Below, in pieces: positions 51,205 to 63,930 of a stretch of DNA of 64,000 bases (positions within the stretch are counted from its first letter, which is position 1; each line of letters opens with the position of its first letter). The stretch covers positions 87,916,001-87,980,000 of the forward strand of contig NC_043003.1 of assembly GCF_006345805.1 (NCBI RefSeq). Direction: 5' to 3'. Source of the DNA: Octopus sinensis (lineage: Eukaryota). Position numbers and translations under genes: made by a program. A model generated the notes under the pieces. That model did not search any database. It worked only from the letters and a program-made list of their open reading frames with translations, and was not told the DNA's origin.

Positions 51205-52020
51205 ATGGGTGTAGGTAGAAACTCCATAAGATGTACCTAGTGTAAGTTATGGACACATAAGGGGTGCAGCAATATCAAAGGAAGGCTAACTGGGAGGATA
51301 GCTTTTGTATGTGGCAGATGCTCAGGAGCTATAAATAACACAGAAAATCTGCAGAGAACAGCTTCTGTCACATTCCATGGAAAAAAACTGGAAGTAGTTG
51401 ATAGCTTCTGTTACCTAGGGGACCAAGTCAGTAACAAGGGTGGATGCTCTGAAAGTGTAGCTGCTAGAATAAGAATAGCCTGGGCAAAGTTCAGAGAGCT
51501 CCCACCTTTCCTAGTGACAAAGGGCCTCTTACTCAGAGTAAAAGGTAGACTGTATGACGCATGTGAGCGAACAGCCATGCTACATGGGCTGTGACTGCTG
51601 AGGACATGCATAAGCTTACAAGGAATGAAGCCAGTATGCTCCACTGGATGTGTATTGTCAGTGTGCATACACGACAGTGTAAGTGCCCTGAGAGAAAAGT
51701 TGGATTTAAGAAGCATCGGATGTGACATGCAAGAGAGACGACTGCGCTGGTATGGTCATGTGTTGCTAATGAATGTGGACAGCTGTGTGAAAATGTGTCA
51801 CACCTTAGCAGTTGAGGGAACTTGTGGAAGAGGTAGACCCAGGAAAACCTGGGATGAGGTGGTGAAGCACGACCTTCAAACATTGGGCCTTACCAAGGCA
51901 ATGACTAGTGACCGGGACCTTTGGAAATATGCTATGCTTGAAGAGACCTGACAAGCCAAGTGAGACCATAGCGCATGGCCTTTCCCAGTGGGTGTAACCA
52001 GCCCAGTTATGAATATCTCA
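51205..52020 (+). mobile_element. RTE 3' fragment
   Basis: PHD remnant, YLGD, KTWDEVVKHDL. Confidence 0.88.
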
Positions 52021-52559
52021 TATTCATTGGACAATAAACCTTGCTTGTACTTTCTAGTGTTTTATTGATCCTGAAATAATGATGGTTTTTAACATTAGCA
52101 CAGGACCATTTGTGCCAACATTAGAAATCAATCAACAAAAAATTAATATTGATAAAGAAAGGCATTATTTACCCAATGTTTTCCGGTTTTTTCCATGATG
52201 ATAAATATGAATAAGGAATTTATCTTTAACCTCGTCATTTGACTTAATTAACTGCCGATGCTTGACAACTCTGAAATATATTATGTTTAGTAGTTTTTGT
52301 AAATTTAAATTCAAATAAAGTTTGAAAATTTGAGTTTTAAAAAATGGGCAGGGTTCTCCAAAAATATGATTTCCTAGACAACTGATTTGATCATTAGAGT
52401 GTATATTTCTAATACTCATAATTCAAAGAATGCTTCAAGTTATATGATTGTTTTTATTATCAAGTGTTTAATCAACATGACACAGACTAGACTCAAATTA
52501 CAAACTTTAATTAGGTCCTTTAATTAGGAATCGTTTTGCTGAGATGCGATTTAATTTCA

Positions 52560-55500
52560 AATCAGACCATGGCAATGAACTCCTGAAATGGCCATAGTTA
52601 TGGAATTTGACTAAACCTTCTTTGAAACTCTCTTATGTTCCTTGGATACCAGGAACCTTGTTTACGGGCTCTACTGAGGCGCGGACATTCCATCTGGCTG
52701 CTGACAGAGCTCGGCGTGACAACATTATCAACTTTAGAACACGTCCTGGCCTACCACCCGATGTACGCCCAAAGATAAGATCCGTGGCTTCCCTAAATCG
52801 CAACTCTGTGCCACGGGAGAGTTTTAGCCTCCGCAATGATGGGCAGATCTGGAAATTCGTCAACTGAGCAGACTACACCCACAACAACAACTGGCAATGC
52901 AAAAATCTTGGGAAACTAACCAAGAACAATCAGCCATCCCCTGTATATCATCATCTGAAATCCAGATATAAACTGCTGTCCTTGAATGCCCGTAGTTTAT
53001 GCAACAAGGTGCATCTTTTTGTCTCCTACGTCAAAAGTATCAACCCAGATTTCATCACAGTCACGGAAACGTGGGCACACTCTGCACTCTGTGATGGAGT
53101 TTTCAGCATAGCCGGCTACAACCTGTTCCGCAAAGACCGCATTAATCGCCGTGGAGGGGGTGTGATGATTTATGTTCGATCAAGTCTATCGGCAATCCCC
53201 TGTGATGATTTGAACCAATCTCAGCAGGAGGTATTTTTCTGCAATGTACACATGGCCATGTCAACACTTCTGCTCGGAGTCGTTTACCGTCCTCCAAATT
53301 ATCGCCAAGACGCACAGCTTTTTGATATCCTCAGGGCGGCTGATATGAAAACAGCCACATATGTGTATGTTGCGGGGGACTTCAATTTCCCTGAGATTGA
53401 CTGGGAGGCCTTCCGTTGGCCGCAAAGTGCAGACGATTTCCTTGAACTGGTGCTGAATTCGAATTGGTCCCAAGTTGTTACCCCCCCCCCCCCACAAGGG
53501 GTAACAACACTTTGGATCTGCTACTTACCGCTTCTCCTGAAACAATCATTAATGTCGCTACCGAAGAACCTTTGGGTGACTCTGATCATTCCATGATTAT
53601 GGCCGACTTGTCTCTGATTGGTTGTAACAAAAAACACAACCATCTTCAGATTGCCCGCTTTGACTGGAATAAAGCAAACTGGAGCTCTTATTGTACTGAG
53701 CTGCAACGCCCAAACTGGCGCGAATTTTATGCCTCTGGAGATGAGGACACTATACTCCAGAACATTCTGAATTCAATATGGGCAGCATGTGCAGCATCAG
53801 TACCACGCAAGCACAAAAAACCACCCAATAGTGCAATTTGGGAGACTGCAGCAGTCCGACTTGCCAGGAAAGAACGCCGTAATATTGAATGGGAATACAA
53901 ATTGCTCAAATCAGAGAGCAACAGGAAAAAGCGCAATAGGTCAGCCAACCACCTCAAGCAGGTGACAAAAAAGGCAGTGCTTGAATTTGAACAACGTATT
54001 GCAGCTAACCCTGACAGCAAAGGGTTCTGGAAGTATGTGCACTCAAAGCAGAGACCCCACTCTCCTGTTGGTCCCCTTCGCAATCCCCACACAGGACAGA
54101 TTACTGGCAATCCCGAAGAATGTGCAGAAATCATTGCTGGATGCTATGCCGGCATCTTTACTGTCGAAGACCAAAATGTTTTATCATCATCACCACTGAC
54201 ATCGGACTCTATATCTTCTATGCAATTTACACCAGCAATGCTACAACACCACCTTAAGAATAAATGTAACTATGCCTCTCCTGGTCTCAACGGTGTTATA
54301 TACCTACTTCTCAAACACGGTGGGTACTTTCTTTTAAACTAACTTTCACTATTCTTTCTATTCTGTCTTGACAATGGTGTTACTCCAGAACAGTGGAAAA
54401 CTGCCAGTGTCATCCCTCTGTTCAAAAAAGGCGACCGCACATCGCCTGTCAACTATTGCCCCGTCAGTCTTACTAGCTACATCGCCAAACTGATGGAATC
54501 CTGTATCAGAGAAACCCTCTGGAACTTCTGGAAGTCTCACAGCCTCATCCAGCCGTCACAATTCGGATTTATTCCTAACTCCAGCTGCTGTACTCAACTC
54601 ATCGAGTTTCTTGAGGACGTTACCCAAATCACTGATCACGGATCCTGGGTGGATGTTGTTTACCTGGACTTTGCTAAGGCTTTTAACTCTGTGCCACACA
54701 AAAGACTTATGGTGAAGCTTTCTGTGTTGGGTGTAAGAGATGAACTCTATAACTGGTTAAAGTCCTTTATTTTCGGTCAAAAAGAAGTTGTCACAGTTCT
54801 AGGACAGCACTCTTCGCCCTATGAGATGACATCTGGTGTGCTGCAGGGATCTGTTCTTGGCCCCCTTTTATTTGTTGCATATGTTAATGACATAGATGCC
54901 AACTTAAAGAATGCCACAGTGCTGAAATATGCAGATGACATCAAGCTGTACCTCGAAATAAAGAGGTCAAATCCTGTACACTATGGATCTCTATTGCAAG
55001 CAGACCTGGACACAATGCAGCAGTGGATCATGGACTGGCAACTCAAGCTGGCTGTGGACAAATGTACCACCATGCATTTTGGGAGGAGAAACCCAGCGTC
55101 CACCTACTCCCTCCACAACACTAGTCTCAAAAAGTCTTCAAGTGAACATGACCTGGGTGTTATTGTCGACAGTGATTTGCGTTGGACAAAACACATCGCT
55201 AAAATTGTCAAGAAGGCTGAGGGTGTCTTGGCATCACTCACCAAATTCTTTGTGAGCCGCTCTCTGGCTATCTATCTGCGGCTTTATATAGCTATGGTAA
55301 GACCTCACCTGGAATTTGCATCACCGGTCTGGAACCCCTATCTTGCCCAGGACATCAATCGTCTGGAAGCTGTTCAGCGACGTGCAACCAAAAGAATACC
55401 CTCCATCAGGCATTTGCCATATCCTGAATGCCTTACTTCCCTGGGCATGGACACATTGAAACTCCGACGTCTGGCAGCTGACTTGGCAGACACCCATAAA

Positions 55501-55884
55501 ATTATCAACCATCGCACAAACAATAACTCTGAGCACCTCTTCAAACTCCACCCATCTAACACCCGTGGACATATTTACAAAGTAAGAAAACAGCACAGCT
55601 CCCATGACTTCAGGAAACATTTTTTCACGCTGAGAGTTGCTGAAGTGTGGAACAAACTGCCGGCATCGGTTGTTAGTTGTCGGAGCACTGCATCCTTCAA
55701 AACTTCCATGCTTCCTGAGATTCGCCAACACTACACTTGATTTTCTCCCATCCATACACACACAAGCATGTTCACTTTCCAGACATTTCTACATTACTGC
55801 ATGTACTTTATATGCACTTTCTGACAAGTTGTGGTGCACCTGAGCACTGTATACAATAATTTCATTATTATTATTATTATTATT
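52560..55884 (+). mobile_element. CR1-group LINE: probable ORF1 C-terminus, near-complete ORF2, 3' UTR, (ATT)n tail
   Basis: LNARSL, ETW, GGGV, YRPP, GDFN, DLLL, SDH, QFGF, LDFAKAF, QGSVLGP, YADD, VQRRATK; frameshift at C13 (53481-53493), TAA at 54340-54342, stop at 55740. Confidence 0.93.
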
Positions 55885-56299
55885 CTATTTCATTACCTAT
55901 GTAAACAACACAGTATTGTCTTCCATGCTGTATGTTTAAAAAGAAAAAAAAAACTTAAGATTCCTTCACTCAATCCAACTCTCACTCTTTCTCCCTCTCT
56001 TTCACGCATATTTATTATTATCACTTATTTGTTCAGTTATCTAATTTTGTCACAGTTTGGATGACCGAAAACTCTAGGTTATAGCTCTAGTTAGGAATTC
56101 AAATGCTCGATTCTATCTCATTATTATCATCAAAATTCTCTCACACCAGCAGCCTGAGTTTTTGCTGTTTCATGGTGTTACCACCCCTCCCACCCCCACC
56201 ACCTGCACCACAAGTCTCTATCCTCTGACCTCTATCAGATGTCCCTCCCATGAACATCTCCAAAAGCTTAATGACCCCCTTCCCTACTTAGGGTTTATC

Positions 56300-59200
56300 T
56301 CCTATGTAATGTAGTGATTATGTAGCGCATAAAAATGATGGTATAGTGTATGCAGGTTTAAGGCTATTGTATGTTTATGAGTTCTGCTAAATGCAAGCTT
56401 TCTTTTCAGGTACATGACGCTCTGTCCCCCATGCCAGGGTCTCATGGACACACTCATCCCACACCCTTGGAGTTGGCACACTGAAAGAGAGACTTGGAGA
56501 TGCCACTGTGAAAGGTCTTGCGAGATTGTTGAGATGCTTGAAAGGAGACATATAGATTTGAGCTGCATCCAAGATGTAACGTGAAGAGGAAGTTCTGCTA
56601 GGTTCTTCACAGGCAAAGAACATAGGTATAAGATTTTCTGGGCAGGGAACACTGATGGGGTCGGGGGAAGAGGTATGCTTCTTGCAGAGAAATGGGCTGA
56701 TAAGGTAATCAAGTAGTCAGAGTCTGTAAAAGAATACTTAAGATTAGATTAGTGCTGCAACATGGGTTAGTAACCATTATCTTGGCCTATGCCCCTCAAC
56801 ATGGGCTACCTGATGAACAGAAAGACCAATTTTATGACACCCCCTTTCAGACTACCTTGTTGAAAAATGATAGCGACCTACTCTTTGTAGCTGGCAACTT
56901 CAATGGGCATGTTGGACATGCAGGAGGCTGTTTTAGTTCCCGCAATGAGGAGGGAACCAGGCTGCTGGAGTTCTGCGATGCAAATGATCTTATGGTTTGT
57001 AATACTAACTTCTGGAAACCTGGCAGTCACCTATTCACCTACCAGTCTGGTGGACACACCAGTCAACCAGACTACATCCTCACCAGGAAATGGGAAACAT
57101 GGCTACTTATAAATGCCAAAACCTTCCCAGGTGAAGAACACACACTGACAGCATAGATTAGTAGTTAGCAACTTCAGGATCAGGGCTAAATGAATGCCCA
57201 GAAGGATCGGGAAGCTTAAGGATCCTGCAAATGGACAGAGATTTAGAGACATATTACTTGAAGCATTTGATGAAATAGATGGGGATATAGCATCACATGA
57301 TATGGAAGACAACTGGAGTTTCCTACGGGACAACATGTCGAGGGCTACTGACCAGATCTGGTGCAAAGTCCCCTCTCAACCCAAGGTAACGTAGTGGTGG
57401 AACAATGAAGTTGACAGGTCCATTAGGGAAAAGAAACAGACATGGAAGGACTAGAAAAACGGTGGTAGCAGGGAATTGTATCAGACTGTCATAAGGGAAG
57501 CTAGGAGGCAGGTTTATTTAGTCAGAGGGGAAGCAGATAAGAAAAAATTTGCCAATGTACTCTGTCGTGAGGACCAAAGACTTTAGGTGTTTCATGTTGC
57601 AAGACAGCGTGCGAGAGAGAATCATGATATCATAGGAGAGAAATGAGGCTGCAAGGAGAGAGACTTGGAGATGCCACTGTGAAAGGTTGCTAAATGAAGA
57701 GAATGAATGGGAGAAAGAGAGTCTGCTGAATGTCAACCGAACAGAGGGACCAGCTATCTGAATTGACAGTACCTTGGTAGATAAAGCAATTAAGAGTATG
57801 AAGACATGGAAAGCCCCTGACCCATCAGGAATCACTGCAGAGATGCTTAAAATATCTGGCAGTGTTAAAATATCTAGCCTCATCAGTCAGGTGATACATG
57901 AAGGACTCATACCCAATGACTGGTGTAGCAGCACCATAGTCAACTGCTACAAAGTTAAAGGTGATGCTTTAGATACAAATAATTACAAAAGGGTAATGAA
58001 AGTCATGGAGAGGGTGATAGCCCAACTAATTAGGGAGAGAGTTAGTCCAGATGAAGTGCAGTTTGGGTTTGTGCCAGGGAAAAGCACTACTGATGCTATA
58101 TTTCTGGTAAGACAGCTGCTGAAAAAATACCTAGCCAAAGATAAACCTTTGTACCTAGCATGGAGAAAGCTGAGTCACTATCAGAACTAGAGGAGGTCTA
58201 GAATCGAAGGGCCTTAGAATCAATCTAGCAAAAACCAAAATCTTAATACGGAGGAAGGCAGACAAACCACAAATCCTTTCAGGCACATGGCCCTGCTTGA
58301 TCTGTAGAAGAGGCATAGGTAGAAACTCCATAAGATGTACCCAGTGTAAGCTATGGACACATAAGAGGTGCAGCAATATCAAAGGAAGGCTAAATGGGAA
58401 GATAGTTTTTGTGTGTGGCAAATGCTCAGGAGCATTTTATGACACCCCCTTTCAGACTACCTTGTTGAAAAATGATAGTGACCTACTCTTTGTAGCTGAC
58501 AAATTCAATGGGCATGTTGGACAACATGCAGGAGGCTGTTTTAGTTCCCGCAATGAGGAGGGAACCAGGCTGCTGGAGTTCTGCGATGCAAATGATCTTA
58601 TGGTTTGTAATACTAACTTCTGGAAACCTTGCGAGATTGTTGAGATGTGTGTGGAAAATGCTCAGGAGCAATAAACACTGAAAATGTGGTACAGTCACAT
58701 TCCAGGGGAAAAACTACATGTAGTTGATAGCTTCCATTACCTAGGGGACCAAGTGAGTAGTGGGGGTGGATGTTCTGAAAGTGTATCTGCTACAATAAGA
58801 ATGGCCTGGGCAAAGTTCAGAGAGCACCTACCTCTGCTGGTGACAAAAGGTCTCTTGCTCAAAGTAAAAGGTGGACTATATGATGCATGTGTGCGAACAG
58901 CCATGTTACATGGCGAACCACGGGCCATGACTGCTGAGGACATGCATTAGCTTGCAAGGAATGAAGCCAGTATGCTCCGCTGCATGTGTAATGTCAGTGT
59001 GCATACACAACAGAGAGAAAAGTTGGATTTAAGAAGCAAGAGATGTGGTGTGCAAGAGAGACAACTGTGCTGTAATGGTCATGTGTTGTCTCACTTGCAC
59101 ATCCATACCTCTTGCTTCTTGAGGGAACCTGTGCAAGACGTAGACCAGGAAGGCCTGGTCAAGAATGAGCCTCGAACTTTGGGCCACACCAAGGTGATGA

Positions 59201-59841
59201 CAAGTAACCAAGACTTTTGGAGATATACTGTGCTTGACAAGCCAAGTGACACCATAACCATGGCCTATGCCGGTACAGCATAACCAGCCCATTTAAGAGT
59301 ACTTTTCAATCACTGGGCAATAAACTGCACTTATGAAGACCTGTTGAGGCAAATGAAATCATTGTTGTGGCCGATGGCAGTACCACCAGATTGGCACCTG
59401 TGACATCTTAAAAGCACCATTCAAGCGTAACTGTTGCCAGTGATGCCTGAGTGGCTCCCGTGCTGGTGGCATGTAAAAAGCACCATTTGAGCAAGTTCAA
59501 AGCCAGTGCCAGCTAACTGGTTATGTGCCAGTGGAATGTAAAAAGGACCATTGAAGGATAGTCGTTGCGAGTGCCGCCTGACTGGCTCCCATGCTGGTGG
59601 TATGTAAAAAACACCATTCAATCGTGGTCGATGCCAGAAGTGCCTGACTGGCCCTCATGCCAGTGGCATGTAAAAAGCACCCACTACACTCTTGGAGTGG
59701 TTGGCAATAGGAAAGGTATCCAGCAGTAGAAACCTTGCCAGATCAGATTGCAGCTTGGTACAGCCTTCTGGCTTGCAGCCCTCAGTCAAACCATCCAACC
59801 CATGCCAGCATGGAAAGCAGAGGCTAATCGACAATAATGAT
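56300..59841 (+). mobile_element. near full-length but degraded, internally rearranged RTE copy retaining the probable native start
   Basis: in-frame ATG TTT ATG at 56371/56377 (MFMSSAKCKLSFQVHD) ahead of the APE; all domains through the tail; internal duplications. Confidence 0.88.
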
Positions 59842-59967
59842 ACATATACATATATATAAACATATATAGACACACACAAATATATATAGACACATATATG
59901 TATACACACACACACATATATATAGGCATAAATATATATTTATATACATATTTATATATATATGTGT

Positions 59968-62900
59968 ATCATCATCATCATCATCGTTTAATGTCCGCTT
60001 TCCATGCTAGCATGGGTTGGACGGTTCAACTGGGGTCTGGCAAGCCCGAAGGCTGCACCAGGCCAGTCAGATCTGGCAGTATTTCTACAGCTGGATGCCC
60101 TTCCTAACGCCAACCACTTCGAGAGTGTAGTGGGTGATTTTAGGTACCACCGACACAGGTGCCAGACAAGGCTGGCAGACGGCCACGCTCGGATGGTGTT
60201 TTTTATGTGCCACCGACACAGGTGCCAGACAAGGCTGACAGACGGCCATGCTCGGATGGTGTTTTTTATGTGCCACCGACACAGGTGCCAGACGAGATGG
60301 CAGACGGCCACGCTCGGATGGTGTTTTTTATGCACCACCGACACAGGTGCCAGACGAGGCTGGCAGACGGCCACGCTCGGATGGTGTTTTCGGTGTTTTC
60401 TTATGTGCCACCGACACAGGTGCCAGACGAGGCTGGCGAACGGCCACGATCGGATGGTGTTTGTTACGTGCCCACAGCACGGAGGCCAGTCGATGCGGTA
60501 CTGGCTACGGTCCCGTTTGGATGGTTTTCTTATGTGCCACCGGCACTGGTACTACAAGGATACAAATTCCATTGATGTTCATCTATTTTGATTTGGTTTG
60601 ATTTGATTTGATTTGATTTTGATTTTCACTTGCCTCAACAGGTCTTCACAAGTGTCACAAGCAGGAAGGTATGCACAGGTGGACTGACTACGTCCCAGGT
60701 AGGGGCCACGGGTTATGGCTTCACTAGTCTTGCCGGGTCTTCTCACACACAGCATACTTCCATAGGTCTCGGCCTCTAGTCATTTCCATGGTGAGACCTA
60801 ACGTTCGAAGGTCGTGCTTCACCACCTCGTCCCAGGTTTTCCTGGGTCTACCTCTTCCACGGGTTCCCTCAACTGCTAGGGATTGGCACTTTCTCACACA
60901 CCTATCTTCATCCATTCTCGCCACATGACCATACCAGCGCAATCGTCTCTCTTGCACACCACAACTGATGCTTCTTAGGTACAACATTTCTCTCAAGGAA
61001 CTAACGCTCTGTCGAGTAAGTACACTGACATTACACATCCATCGGAGCATACTGGCTTCATTCCTCATGAGCTTACGCATGTCCTCAGCAGTCACGGCCC
61101 ATGTTTCACTGCCATGTAGCATGGCAGTTCGTACACATGCATGATACAGTCTGCCTTTTACTCTGAGCACGAGGCCTTTAGTCGCCAGCAGAGGTAAGAG
61201 CTCCCTAAACTTTGCCCAGGCTATTCTTATTCTAGCAGTTACACTCTCAGCGCACCCACCCCCACTACTGACTTGGTCACCTAGATAACGGAAGCTATCA
61301 ACTACTTCTAATTTTTCCCCCTGGAAAGTGACGGAAGTTGTTTTCTGCAGATTTTCGGAGGTCAATGCTCCCGAGCATCTGCCACATACAAAAACTATCT
61401 TCCCAGTTAGCCTACCTTTGACATTGCTGCACCTCTTATGTGTCCATAGCTTACACTGGGTACATCTTATAGAGTTTCTACCTACACCTTTTCTACAGAT
61501 CGAGCAGGGCCATCTTCCCGAGGACATTTGTGGATTGTCTACCTTTCTACTTATTAGTACTTTGGTTTTAGCTAGGTTGACTCTAAGGCCCCTCGATTCT
61601 AAACCCACCTTCCACACCTGGAACTTCTCCTCCAGTTCTGATAGTGACTCAGCAATTAGAGCAAGGTCGTCAGCATAGAGGAGCTCCCAGGGGCAATCTG
61701 TCTTGAATTCCTCCACAATTGCCTGGAGGACTATGATAAATAGGAGGGGGCTGAGTACTGAACCCTGGTGGACCCCAACCTCTACTTTGAATTCTTCTGT
61801 GTACATGTTGCCAACCCTAACCTTACTTACGGTATCTCTGTACATGGCTTGCACAGCCCTCACCAGCCATTCATCTATCCCTAGTTTCCTCATTGACCAC
61901 CAGATAAGGGATCGGGGGACCCTGTTGAAGGCTTTCTCCATGTCAACAAAAGCCAGGTACAGGGTCTTATCTTTGGCTAGGTATCTCACCTGCAGCTGTC
62001 TTACCAGGAATATAGCATCAGTGGTGCTTTTCCCTGGCACGAACCCAAACTGCATCTCATCTAAACTAACTCTCTCTCTAATTAGTTGGGCTATGACCCT
62101 CTCCGTAACCTTCATTACCTGATCCAACAGCTTGATACCTCTGTAATTATTTGTATCTAGGGCATCACCTTTACCTTTGTAGCAGTTGACTAGTATGCTG
62201 CTACACCAGTCATTGGGTATGACTCCTTCGTGTATCACCTGGTTGACTATACGGGTGACTAGGTTATAGCCGACACTACCAGATATTTTGAGCATCTCTG
62301 CAGTAATTCCTGATGGGCCTGGGGCTTTCCCTGTCTTCATGCTTCTAATTGCCTTAGCTACCACAGAACTATCAACTCGGATAGCTGGTCCCTCTGTTGG
62401 GTCAACATTCAGCAGACTCTCTTTATCCCATTCATTTTCTTTATTCAGCAACCTTTCATAGTGGCATCTCCAAACCTCTCTCTTTGCATACTCATTTAGC
62501 GCAAGTGAACCATCTTCCATGCAAACACACTTCTCTCCTACCACATCACGATTCTCTCTCACACACTGTCTTGCAACACGAAATACCTCAAGTCTTTCAT
62601 CCTCACGGCTCAGAACATTGGCAAATTTTTTCTTATCCGCTTCCCCTCTGGCTAAATATACCTGTCTCCTAGCTTCCCTTCTGGCTGTCTGATATAATTC
62701 CCTGCTACCACCGTTCTTCCAGTCCTTCCAAGCCTGTCTTTTTTGTCTAATAGCCCTGTCAACCACAGTGTTCCACCACCATGTTACTCTGGGTCGAGAT
62801 GGTACTTTGCTCCATCCACAGATCTGGTCAGTGGCTGTCAGCAGATTGTCCCGTAGAAATCTCCAGTTGTCTTCCACATTAAGTGAAGCTATATCCCCTT

Positions 62901-63806
62901 CTATTTCGTCAAAGGCGTCGAGTAGTATGTCTCTAAATCTCTGTCCATTTGCAGGATCCTTAAGCTTCCAGACCCTTCTCCTCCAAGCTGGTCTTCTTCT
63001 GGGCAACCATTTAGCTCTGATCCTGAAGTCGCTAACTACTAATCTATGTTGAAGAGTACATTCTTCGCCTGGAAAGGTTTTGGCATTTATAATCAGCCCT
63101 TGTTCCCTTTTTCTGGCAAGGATGTAGTCAATCTGGCTGGTGTGTCTGCCAGAACGGTAGGTGACTAGGTGAGAGGTGGGTTTCCTGAAGTTGGTATTGC
63201 AGACCATAAGGTCATTTGCATCGCAGAACTCCAGCAGCCTGGTTCCCTCCTCATTACGAGAGCCAAAACCATAGCCTCCATGGACACCATGGAAGCCCCC
63301 GACATGCCGTCCGACATGTCCATTGAAATCACCTGCCACGAATAGAAGGTCACTGTCATTTGTCAACGAGGTAGTCCGCAATAGGGTGTGATAGAATTGG
63401 TCTTTTTGTCCTCCCGGTAGCCCTGGTTGAGGGGCATATGCCGAGATGATGGTAGCTGTCCTGTGGTGAAGGACTAATCTAATTTTAATTACTCTGTCAC
63501 TTACTCTGACTATCTCGATTACCTTACCTACCCATTTCTCCGCAAGAAGTATACCCACGCCCCCGACCCTGTCAGTGTTCCCTGCCCAGAAAATCTTGTA
63601 CCTGTGTTCCTTGCCTGTGAGGAGCCTAGCGGAACCTCCTCTCCACCTTACTTCCTGGATACAGCATACATCCACACGTCTCCGTTCAAGCAGCTCTACA
63701 ATCTCTCCAGACCTACCTTTCAATGTGCCAACATTGAGTGTGCCAACTCTGAGGGTGTGGGAGGTGTGGGCATCTGAGACCCTGGGATGAGGGGCAGCCG
63801 TGTCAT
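59968..63806 (-). mobile_element. RTE LINE with uninterrupted APE-RT(PHD) frame, lacking its 5' UTR
   Basis: (GAT)n tail at 59968, 3' UTR with expanded ~63-nt array, ORF to the stop at 60724; TA microsatellites on both sides. Confidence 0.97.
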
Positions 63807-63823
63807 ATGTGTGTATATATATG

Positions 63824-63882
<59 letters not shown>

Positions 63883-63930
63883 ATTTGATTGATTGATTGA
63901 TTCCAGTTTCAGCTCATGAGCTGTGGCCAT
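60724..63930 (-). CDS. 1068-aa ORF from the first ATG: short SINE/microsatellite-derived leader plus RTE APE, RT, PHD and C-terminus
   Basis: TLNVGT, IQEVRW, YAPQ, GDFNGH, QIDYIL, QHR, NYRGIKLL, QFGF, DMEKAF, GVHQGSVLSP, LYADD, C4HC3 (61375-61506), FRYLG; no stop. Confidence 0.85.
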
